NCBI GenBank assembly: GCA_964480775.1
Contig: CAYZRF010000005.1
Span: 1 to 32,000, forward strand
Reading direction: 5' to 3'
DNA: 32,000 nucleotides
From: an uncultured Nitrososphaerota archaeon
GTDB lineage: Archaea > Korarchaeota > Korarchaeia > Korarchaeales > Korarchaeaceae
Each line of letters starts with the position of its first letter. The stretch's first letter is position 1. Below are positions 25,711-32,000 of this stretch, piece after piece. Made by a program: the position numbers and the translations under genes. Below the pieces are notes generated by a model. The model did not search any database and was not told the origin of the DNA. It was given only the letters and a program-made list of their open reading frames with translations.

Positions 25711-25731
25711 GCCCTCGTCCAAGACGGGGGC
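25711..25731 (+). promoter_or_regulatory. 5'-UTR stem-loop (GCCCUCGUC-CAA-GACGGGGGC)
   Basis: A 9-bp stem (one G-U pair) with a 3-nt loop at the predicted 5' end of the S-layer mRNA. It is the only GC-rich element in an otherwise AT-rich leader. Confidence 0.45.
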
Positions 25732-25757
25732 AAATATCAAAAAAGAGTGATGTAAAC

Positions 25758-28559
25758 ATGTATAAGAAAATAGCCTTTCTGGTGGCGGCCCTAGCCCTAA
25801 TCGGGCTGATGGTTGCCCCAGTGGTGGCTCAGCCGTATGTACACGAGTTTCCGCAGAACTTCATCAACCACATCATGGAAGACTACAATGGAGTAGCCGC
25901 TCACGGAACAATCTTTGAGGAGGACGGGACTCCAACCGTCGCCATAATTCTCGGTGAGAGGGCGCTGCCCCACGACGTTGTGGGCGCAACTCTCCTCGGC
26001 TTCAAGATTGGTACGCACCTCTACTACTGGCGCGCACCTGATGTCGACGGAAGCCTCCTCGGAGACAGGTACGCTAGGAAGGTTTGGATAGAGGACTGGA
26101 GCGTTGTCCTCGACAGATATGATCTGCTAACTCAGACTGACCCGCTTGATGGAGGAACCGAGACAATCCTCTTCACGAACGACACCGATGCGTACGAGAT
26201 GATCTTCTGCGTCGATCCAGATGTTAACTACTGGATTGCTCCACAATACATGGACACTGATGATGCCCTGTGGTACATGGTTGGATACCATGTATCTGAG
26301 GAGGAGATGAACACCGCAAAGGCCAACGGAATGGTGGTCTTAAGCGAGACTTTGATGACCTTAACTGGAGGTTCCGTTGAGAGAAATGATGACTTGACCT
26401 ATGACTTTGCTCCTACTGTGGACTATGATGCGAAGACAGGAGCTGACTTAGGTGCGGCAGGTGATTCCATCACCTGGGAGAACATGGGTCTTCAGTTCTC
26501 ATGGCCTCCAACCCCGCAGTTCCTACAGCTTGATGTTGACTACTTTGTAGACTGGCTTGGATACACCATAACGCTCGAGACCATACTCCCAACCGACAAC
26601 GATGCAGACACAATAAATGACCACTACATAGTTGAGGTCGTAATCAAAGACTCCTCAGGAATGGTTGTAGATAAATTCCAGACAGCTTCTGCTGGAGCAG
26701 GAATCGTGGACATGGATCCAACGACCTACCAGAGGTTCTGGTACGGTGCCAAGGGACCAAGCCTTCTTAAGATCGAAGTTGACTTAGACAGAGATGGTGA
26801 AACCGAGGCAGTTCTGAGCTACTTCTACGTTGAGATATGGGATGTTGACTACGACAACGACCTCGTCAGGTGCCAGTTCTTCAGCTCATACTTCGCTCCA
26901 CCAATCGTGTTCGAAGGATGGTCTATGGACGACCTTTCAACCAGCAAGTATAACCCAACCAACATTGTGGCATCACCGCTCTGGGGTCCAAACTATGCAG
27001 ACTCCTCCTGGGCAGTTCCACCGCAAGTTGTGTTCATGGATCAGGCAGATCTGGTCAGTCACTGGGTTTATGCTGAGGGCATAGATACGCCCGATGCAGA
27101 TGGTGCCCCAACAACCGACTACGAGAATGCAGAGGACGAGACAACCGGAGGAAATGATGTGGCTGTAATAATGGACGCGGTTTCACCACAAGCAGGTCAG
27201 GTAGTGGTTGGAGAGTTCGACTACACACATAACGATATACCTGCCACCTACGAGAAATTAACCGCATTCTACATAGACTGGTGGGGATCATACAAGTTCT
27301 GGTATGACGCGGGAGTAGCAGTATCACCAAGCAACACAAGCGATGGAAAGATAGTTGGATGGACCTTCTACGGTGAGGACAGCAGACCAGCGGCAGTTGA
27401 CCTTGGCATCGACGAGCCAGAACTCGCAGAGGAGTTCATATGGATTGAGGCCAACGTAACCTGGCCAGCCTGCACTGAGTGGGACCTTGCCGATCTTCCA
27501 GAAGGAAATGCAAGCGGAGACATGGTCTTCTGGGGAGAGGTTGGATGCGATGAGGGACCATGCGCAGGCGACATGGACATATTCACCTTCTACCTGCACT
27601 CCACAGACACATTCGAGAAGACCGACTGCCACGTTATAACCGAGGACCTCTATGGATATGACTGGGACGGAACTGATCCGAAGGACCTAGTACCCACCCT
27701 GTACGAAGCGGATGTTACGCTAACTGAGTGGTGGTACAACTCAACCCTGCACGTATACAACGTAACTGGCTTCCACGCAGGCATCTATGACAGCTTCAAC
27801 TGCTTACCTGGAACCACCTTCACCGGAACTGCCCACGTTGATCCCGTGACGGGAACAATATCGTGGGGAACCGGTGGAGCCGACCAGTACTACGAGGGTG
27901 AGGACGTCTTCAGCTTCATAAAGACGCCTCTTGCCTACATAGACACCCAGGTATTCGACGGAACCACGTTGAGTGACGACGTCATAGACAAGGACTTGAT
28001 CCTTGTCGGTGGTCCTCACGTGAACAGCATTGTCGACTACCTGAACGATACTGGCTACCTGTACCTCTACTACGTTGTGGACAGGCTCTTCTACCCAGCA
28101 GATGTCGACCCGACCACTGGTGAGCCCAACTACTACGACCTCGCGTATGCCTTAGGCCTGACTGGCATGCCATGGCCTGAGGAGAACATACCGAGGTACA
28201 CAACCGGTCTGGGTGCAATCCAGTTCACCGCCCACTGGGATGGTGATCTTGGACCAGCGGCATCCTGGGATGTAGACGACAGCGACCCATGGGGAACAGA
28301 GGTAGGCAGCGTAGAGAACTGGATCCTCGTTGTGGCTGGTACCGACAGGTTCGGTACGTATGCTGCATCCGTAGCACTTGCCGATCCAACCAAGCTCATC
28401 TATGAGACCGCACCGAACTTCTGCAACACCAGCTTCGTAATTGTCATCGGTGTAACGCCATACGCAGTTGCCCCACCGGTAGTGCCTGGAGTTGCTCCGG
28501 TGGTCATGGTACTCGTCGGTACATCGCCAGGTGTGACTCCAATCGGCGTAGGGCCTTAA
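25758..28559 (+). CDS. Putative S-layer / major surface glycoprotein (very acidic, Lys-poor, secreted)
   Basis: 933-aa ORF with a signal peptide (KKIAFLVAALALIGLMVAPVVAQP) and 8 N-x-S/T sequons. It is D/E/T/Y/W/G-rich with very few K or R. C-terminal region motifs KDLILVGGPHVNSIV and WILVVAGTDRFGTYAASVALAD resemble motifs I recall from Methanococcales/Thermococcales S-layer proteins. Its own TATA box, SD and oligo-T terminator, plus strong C-ending codon bias, are consistent with very high expression. Confidence 0.6.
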   Translation: MYKKIAFLVAALALIGLMVAPVVAQPYVHEFPQNFINHIMEDYNGVAAHGTIFEEDGTPTVAIILGERALPHDVVGATLLGFKIGTHLYYWRAPDVDGSLLGDRYARKVWIEDWSVVLDRYDLLTQTDPLDGGTETILFTNDTDAYEMIFCVDPDVNYWIAPQYMDTDDALWYMVGYHVSEEEMNTAKANGMVVLSETLMTLTGGSVERNDDLTYDFAPTVDYDAKTGADLGAAGDSITWENMGLQFSWPPTPQFLQLDVDYFVDWLGYTITLETILPTDNDADTINDHYIVEVVIKDSSGMVVDKFQTASAGAGIVDMDPTTYQRFWYGAKGPSLLKIEVDLDRDGETEAVLSYFYVEIWDVDYDNDLVRCQFFSSYFAPPIVFEGWSMDDLSTSKYNPTNIVASPLWGPNYADSSWAVPPQVVFMDQADLVSHWVYAEGIDTPDADGAPTTDYENAEDETTGGNDVAVIMDAVSPQAGQVVVGEFDYTHNDIPATYEKLTAFYIDWWGSYKFWYDAGVAVSPSNTSDGKIVGWTFYGEDSRPAAVDLGIDEPELAEEFIWIEANVTWPACTEWDLADLPEGNASGDMVFWGEVGCDEGPCAGDMDIFTFYLHSTDTFEKTDCHVITEDLYGYDWDGTDPKDLVPTLYEADVTLTEWWYNSTLHVYNVTGFHAGIYDSFNCLPGTTFTGTAHVDPVTGTISWGTGGADQYYEGEDVFSFIKTPLAYIDTQVFDGTTLSDDVIDKDLILVGGPHVNSIVDYLNDTGYLYLYYVVDRLFYPADVDPTTGEPNYYDLAYALGLTGMPWPEENIPRYTTGLGAIQFTAHWDGDLGPAASWDVDDSDPWGTEVGSVENWILVVAGTDRFGTYAASVALADPTKLIYETAPNFCNTSFVIVIGVTPYAVAPPVVPGVAPVVMVLVGTSPGVTPIGVGP

Positions 28560-28574
28560 GGGCCCCCACCCCCC

Positions 28575-28584
28575 TTTTTTCTTT
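28575..28584 (+). terminator. Oligo-T terminator after the putative S-layer gene
   Basis: TTTTTTCTTT begins 16 nt after the TAA stop, preceded by the C-rich run GGGCCCCCACCCCCC. Oligo-T tracts are the established archaeal termination signal. Confidence 0.6.
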
Positions 28585-28632
28585 ATGGTTTCGAAATCTG
28601 TTTATGGTGTGTGAACCTCTTCGTTGATTAGG

Positions 28633-28640
28633 TTTAATAT
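28633..28640 (+). promoter_or_regulatory. TATA box candidate for the 810-aa surface protein gene (leaderless geometry)
   Basis: TTTAATAT is centred ~28 nt upstream of the ATG at 28665, so the transcript would start at or within a few nt of the start codon. Confidence 0.5.
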
Positions 28641-28664
28641 ACCCCTTTTTGCATCCCTATTGAA

Positions 28665-31097
28665 ATGTGCTATACAAGACGGTATGTTAGAATAACATCA
28701 AGCCTTTTCCTGGCTTTCCTTATACTTCTAAGTTTTCTACCAAAGACAGGCCAAATAGAAGCCCAAGAAGAGCCCAACGTACTCCAAAGGCTCTCGCATC
28801 TTTTCACATTCGTACTAAAGGGAATAAGAGAGTTACCTCCGGGAACTTCTTTGAAGAATCCAGGAGAAGTTGCGTGGATAGGAGGGCTTCTGTATTACCT
28901 TGCAACACCTGGAGGAGCTATGGAACCACACCTCTACATCAATCTATATGCGGCTGAAATTCTCGAGTTTTCAATTGAGAATAGGGATCTTCTAGACCTT
29001 TCTGAAAAGGATGTTTCTCTAGCCAAGGAGAGAGTGGCCTCTATTTGTTCTCATTTCCTATTTGGAACAGCAAGGAGCTTAAATCCTCCTGGAGGGTGGG
29101 TCGATTTTAGTAGAGGTAATGCAATGAGCGTGGATGTTACCACGGATGTCATTAAGGCCATAGTTAAGGCCCAATTGCTAGGGATAATCCCAAGCTCTGG
29201 TCCAGAGCATCAGGAACTTTCTGGAGCCATAACAGCTCTATTGAATTCTCAAAACGCTAATGGGGGATGGGGCAAGTACCCTGAGTCTATTGTGGATATT
29301 GAGAAGATGTCAGACCCTTATTTTACAGCGAAAACCTTGGAAGCATTGCTAATGGCTAAGAAAGTCGGGTTTTCAGTGGATAGGGCCATAAAAAAGGCTA
29401 TTTCTTACCTTGAATCTTCTGCTACGAGGTATCAATCAAAGGCTCACTGGTCTACAGTTTTGACTACACAAAAGGAGATATACGGAGACAGCTTTGTGAC
29501 TGCTAGGGTTTTAGAGGCCCTCATAGCTGCTCATATGGACGGTTATAATGTGGACATTGAGCTTCTCAAGCAGGCTTCTAGGTACGAAAGTGAGTACCTC
29601 AACACAGCCCTAGGTTTTAGGGAGGCTTCCTTTTCCATAAGATCTCTCTGTTACTCATCGGCCCTAGGAATGATTGATACCACAGATGTTGTTAGAAGAG
29701 GGAGCTACTTCGTCGCACAATTGAAGGAGGGTCAGAGGCCCGAAGGTTATTGGTCTCTTTATCCTGTAGGGGTGCCTCATTTTCTTTGGGACGACTTAAG
29801 CTATTCATACCACGCCTCCCTTCTCTTAATCGAGTGGTTCTGGATCACCTCTTTGGACATAGATTTGGATTATGAAGGTCCCCTTATGGAGTATGAGCCT
29901 CCAAGATTGGTTGAGAACGATACAATGAATGTGAGATTAAGTTTAAGCAATCTTGCAAGCGGAATTACCTTAGACTTAGAGATAGAAATGGTTTTACCAC
30001 AAGGATGTCAAGTTTTGGAGGAAAAAGGAAGCCAAATGACTTTATCTCCTGGACAAAGTTCCATGTATGAAGCTACGATTAAGGCCCCAGAGACAGTTCA
30101 AGGACTAACTCCAGCTACAATAGCATTCATAATCTATAAGAAGTCTGGAACACCAATAAGATCTAGGCTCTTGGAATTTAACTTAGCAAAAAACGCTAAG
30201 CTGGAAATAATCTCAAAAGAAGTAAGCCCAAACCAACTCCACCTTGGTGAAGAAGCCGTTATAACCGTCGAACTCAAGAACACAGGAGAAACCCCCGCTT
30301 CAACAGTTGCTATAGCCGAAGAACTTGGCGAAGGTTTCTTGGCGCTAACAGAAGGAAGTCCTAACGCAAGCGTTGCCTCAATGATAGCTGTTGGTAAGGG
30401 CTTTCCTATCGCTAGAATAGAACCAGGAGCTACCGTAATATACGGATTTAGAGTGAAAGCCGATTCTTCACCTGGAGGAAATGTGGTCGCCTCGATCACT
30501 AAAATAACATACATAGACCCGTTAGGAAATGTCAGAGATGTAGAAAAGGCCATTAATATCACGATAATGAGACCCGATCTGGCTGTTGATCTTAACGTAT
30601 CGGATTTTGACATAAGGTGGCACCAAAGTAAACCAATCTTTATTGCCATAACTAACAAAGGAAACTCTGTAGCAAAAGACGTATCTCTTCAGCTCAGGGC
30701 AGATAAAGAATTAACAATAGGTGTGGTATCTAAGCCAGAGGGAGCCGAACTCTCCTATGAAAAGGAGTCAAATAGACAGAGAATTGTGATCGAAGAAATA
30801 GCTCCTAATGAAACCGTTAGCGTCGTGGTTAGAGTAGAAACAGGATGGTTTTATCTTTCACTCTCAAGGCTGACCTCTCTGTTAGTTTCAGTCGAATACA
30901 AGGACGAAAGAAACAAATTTTTCGATGATTACAGGGATACCCAAGCCCTACAGATAACCCTTCTTATGTCGAACTTTGCAAAGGTGTTGTTTGCCGCAAT
31001 CCTTGGAATCGTAGTAGCCATAATAATCATCAGAATTAGGGCGACAATGGCTGCTAGACCTAAAAGAAAGTTCAAGAGGTCGAGAGGACTTGGTTAG
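28665..31097 (+). CDS. Surface protein: signal peptide, prenyltransferase/terpene-cyclase-like alpha/alpha-toroid repeats, CARDB/DUF11-like beta-sandwich domains, C-terminal TM anchor
   Basis: 810-aa ORF with an N-terminal hydrophobic signal (SSLFLAFLILLSFLP). It has repeated G-G-W type motifs (PPGGWVDF, NANGGWGKYPE, RPEGYWSLYP) spaced by helical segments. Three segments follow the pattern of CARDB/DUF11 repeats, for example LHLGEEAVITVELKNTGETPASTVAIAEELGEGF. The end is a terminal TM plus basic tail (VLFAAILGIVVAIIIIRIR...RPKRKFKRSRGLG). Confidence 0.6.
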   Translation: MCYTRRYVRITSSLFLAFLILLSFLPKTGQIEAQEEPNVLQRLSHLFTFVLKGIRELPPGTSLKNPGEVAWIGGLLYYLATPGGAMEPHLYINLYAAEILEFSIENRDLLDLSEKDVSLAKERVASICSHFLFGTARSLNPPGGWVDFSRGNAMSVDVTTDVIKAIVKAQLLGIIPSSGPEHQELSGAITALLNSQNANGGWGKYPESIVDIEKMSDPYFTAKTLEALLMAKKVGFSVDRAIKKAISYLESSATRYQSKAHWSTVLTTQKEIYGDSFVTARVLEALIAAHMDGYNVDIELLKQASRYESEYLNTALGFREASFSIRSLCYSSALGMIDTTDVVRRGSYFVAQLKEGQRPEGYWSLYPVGVPHFLWDDLSYSYHASLLLIEWFWITSLDIDLDYEGPLMEYEPPRLVENDTMNVRLSLSNLASGITLDLEIEMVLPQGCQVLEEKGSQMTLSPGQSSMYEATIKAPETVQGLTPATIAFIIYKKSGTPIRSRLLEFNLAKNAKLEIISKEVSPNQLHLGEEAVITVELKNTGETPASTVAIAEELGEGFLALTEGSPNASVASMIAVGKGFPIARIEPGATVIYGFRVKADSSPGGNVVASITKITYIDPLGNVRDVEKAINITIMRPDLAVDLNVSDFDIRWHQSKPIFIAITNKGNSVAKDVSLQLRADKELTIGVVSKPEGAELSYEKESNRQRIVIEEIAPNETVSVVVRVETGWFYLSLSRLTSLLVSVEYKDERNKFFDDYRDTQALQITLLMSNFAKVLFAAILGIVVAIIIIRIRATMAARPKRKFKRSRGLG

Positions 31098-31920
31098 GAG
31101 AGATTTGATAGCCTTAGCTGGTATAATTCTATTGGCTATGTCAATAATAGTTAGTGGCATTTATCTAGGCAAAAATAAGTCAGAAGAATTTGTATTATAC
31201 TGGATATATGACGAATCCATCTCAGACCTAAACAGGTCTGGGGAAGTTGCCATGGCGATGCAGTACATCGGCAGGACTATAAGCATACTATCTCAGGGGA
31301 ACATAGATCCTAGTAAAGGAAACTTCGTACCACTCATGTTATCAAACCTTAGCGCAGAGGAAAGGTCCTCGAACTCTTCTTATCTGGTGCTGATGAGAAA
31401 AGAATCGGGTGGGCCAGAAATTCTCTTGTTTCGAGAAAACTCCACTATAATGATTAAAGGAAGCAATTCTAGCGATTTTTATGCCGCAATAGGCAGGCTA
31501 ATCTTGGCAATGTGGGGAGACTACCTACTTGAGGTTCCTCAGCCAGGAAAGGGAATAGATGTAATACTAGTTGTAGATCCAATAACGGGAGATAAGGCTT
31601 ATGCCAGGTGTTGGCCCCCCAACCTTTCCGAACAGAGAGCAATGAGTGTAGAAATAACTTATCCCGATGGTAGTCCTGCTGATTTAGAATTAATTCCTAG
31701 CATATTATTGAATGGATACTACATCGGAGCTAAGAAAGAAGTGGCGGGCCCGGCGGGACTTGAACCCGCGACCTACGGCTTAGAAGGCCGTCGCTCTATC
31801 CAAACTGAGCTACGGGCCCGATTCTTGGATTTGCAGAACTCGGCACCTAATACTGTAGGATTTTGCTTATATAAAGCCTTTAGTGAAGAATGGGTTGTAT
31901 GGACAAGGGTGATGATTTGA
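31090..31920 (+). CDS. N-terminally membrane-anchored, sequon-rich extracellular protein; 3' end doubtful
   Basis: 276-aa ORF whose TTG start overlaps the upstream stop by 8 nt. It has an N-terminal TM (LIALAGIILLAMSIIVSGIYL) and 7 N-x-S/T sequons. The last ~60 codons (31742-31920) run antisense through a tRNA gene and its promoter, so the true C-terminus is uncertain. Confidence 0.5.
   Translation: MVRRDLIALAGIILLAMSIIVSGIYLGKNKSEEFVLYWIYDESISDLNRSGEVAMAMQYIGRTISILSQGNIDPSKGNFVPLMLSNLSAEERSSNSSYLVLMRKESGGPEILLFRENSTIMIKGSNSSDFYAAIGRLILAMWGDYLLEVPQPGKGIDVILVVDPITGDKAYARCWPPNLSEQRAMSVEITYPDGSPADLELIPSILLNGYYIGAKKEVAGPAGLEPATYGLEGRRSIQTELRARFLDLQNSAPNTVGFCLYKAFSEEWVVWTRVMI
31742..31819 (-). 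tRNA. tRNA-Arg (anticodon UCU), CCA encoded, no intron
   Basis: The minus strand reads GGGCCCG TA GCTC AGTTTGGATA GAGC G ACGGC CTTCTAA GCCGT AGGTC GCGGG TTCAAGT CCCGC CGGGCCC G CCA. This is a perfect 7-bp acceptor stem, 4-bp D stem, 5-bp anticodon stem with loop CU-UCU-AA, and 5-bp T stem with a TTCAAGT loop. Total length is 78 nt including CCA. Confidence 0.92.
31868..31875 (-). promoter_or_regulatory. TATA box candidate for tRNA-Arg
   Basis: TTTATATA on the minus strand lies about 50 nt upstream of the mature tRNA 5' end. This implies a ~25-nt leader if transcription starts ~26 nt downstream of the box. Confidence 0.5.
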
Positions 31921-32000
31921 ACTCAAAAATTTCCATTCTTTTAGCATTTGTTTTGTTTCTTTCATGGATAAACCCTTCTATGACAATTTCATCCCCAGAT

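Noticed and set aside
25504-25730. Inverted G-strings (CTCCCCC at 25504-25510 and CGGGGG at 25725-25730) flank ~215 bp of AT-rich DNA next to the replication gene cluster. I considered this as a possible replication origin with ORB-like elements.
   Set aside because: I could not find the dyad part of ORB/mini-ORB elements next to either G-string. No orc1/cdc6 gene is adjacent. The downstream G-string is better explained as half of the 5'-UTR hairpin.
25797-28399. Cluster of ORFs (25797-26018, 26830-27084, 27055-27339, 27324-27632, 27368-27586, 27804-28019, 27982-28218, 28133-28399) on both strands within the surface-protein gene.
   Set aside because: These are an expected artefact of the locally high GC and C-ending codon bias, which depletes stop codons in other frames. 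The translations are R/S/P/H-rich nonsense.
25320-31920. Surface-gene region as an integrated mobile element targeted to tRNA-Arg.
   Set aside because: I saw no integrase or transposase and no partial tRNA direct repeat within the window. The atypical composition is confined to one CDS rather than the whole segment.
31964-32000. ATG-initiated reading frame MDKPFYDNFIPR... at the window end.
   Set aside because: Only 12 codons are visible and there is no recognisable motif or promoter evidence.
1-32000. CRISPR arrays or long direct/inverted repeats.
   Set aside because: No regularly spaced repeats of 24-40 nt were seen anywhere. The only tandem motif is the 9-10-nt triple at 25647-25673.

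Overview
This is an archaeal chromosomal window, roughly 40-43% GC outside one gene, with K/E/I/R-rich, thermophile-like proteins. Most of it is core information-processing genes. All product calls rest on motifs I recognised by eye; no database search was possible.

Minus strand, 0.1-15.6 kb:
- nop5-fibrillarin, ribosomal protein eS30 (found by hand, not in the ORF track), a large COG2433/DUF460-like protein and an Sm protein.
- The conserved rpoH-rpoB-rpoA-L30e-nusA-S12-S7 operon. rpoA is a single unsplit 1.3-kaa gene.
- The conserved rpoB N-terminus has no canonical start codon and lies in frame with rpoH behind a single TAA.

Plus strand, 15.7-25.3 kb:
- An orphan porG-like gene, with an Elf1-like zinc-ribbon gene convergent on the minus strand.
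- A tightly packed replication/translation cluster: PolD large subunit, small OB-fold-like ORF, PCNA, PriL, PriS, GINS, L44e, S27e, aIF2-alpha and a short Nop10.

Accessory-looking part, 25.3-31.9 kb:
- A 438-bp AT-rich leader region.
- A 933-aa very acidic, Lys-poor, sequon-rich secreted protein whose GC and codon usage differ sharply from everything around it. I call it a putative S-layer protein. It has an unusual Pro/Val/Gly C-terminal tail containing a VPxxxP motif.
- A C-terminally anchored alpha/alpha-toroid plus beta-sandwich surface protein.
- An N-terminally anchored glycoprotein whose ORF runs antisense through a tRNA-Arg(UCU) gene and its promoter.

I saw no CRISPR array, transposase, integrase or intein. 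The marker combination (eS30, Elf1, PolD, unsplit rpoA, unsplit rpoB) suggests a Korarchaeota-like or deep TACK lineage. The best candidates for follow-up are the surface-protein module and the rpoH/rpoB junction.
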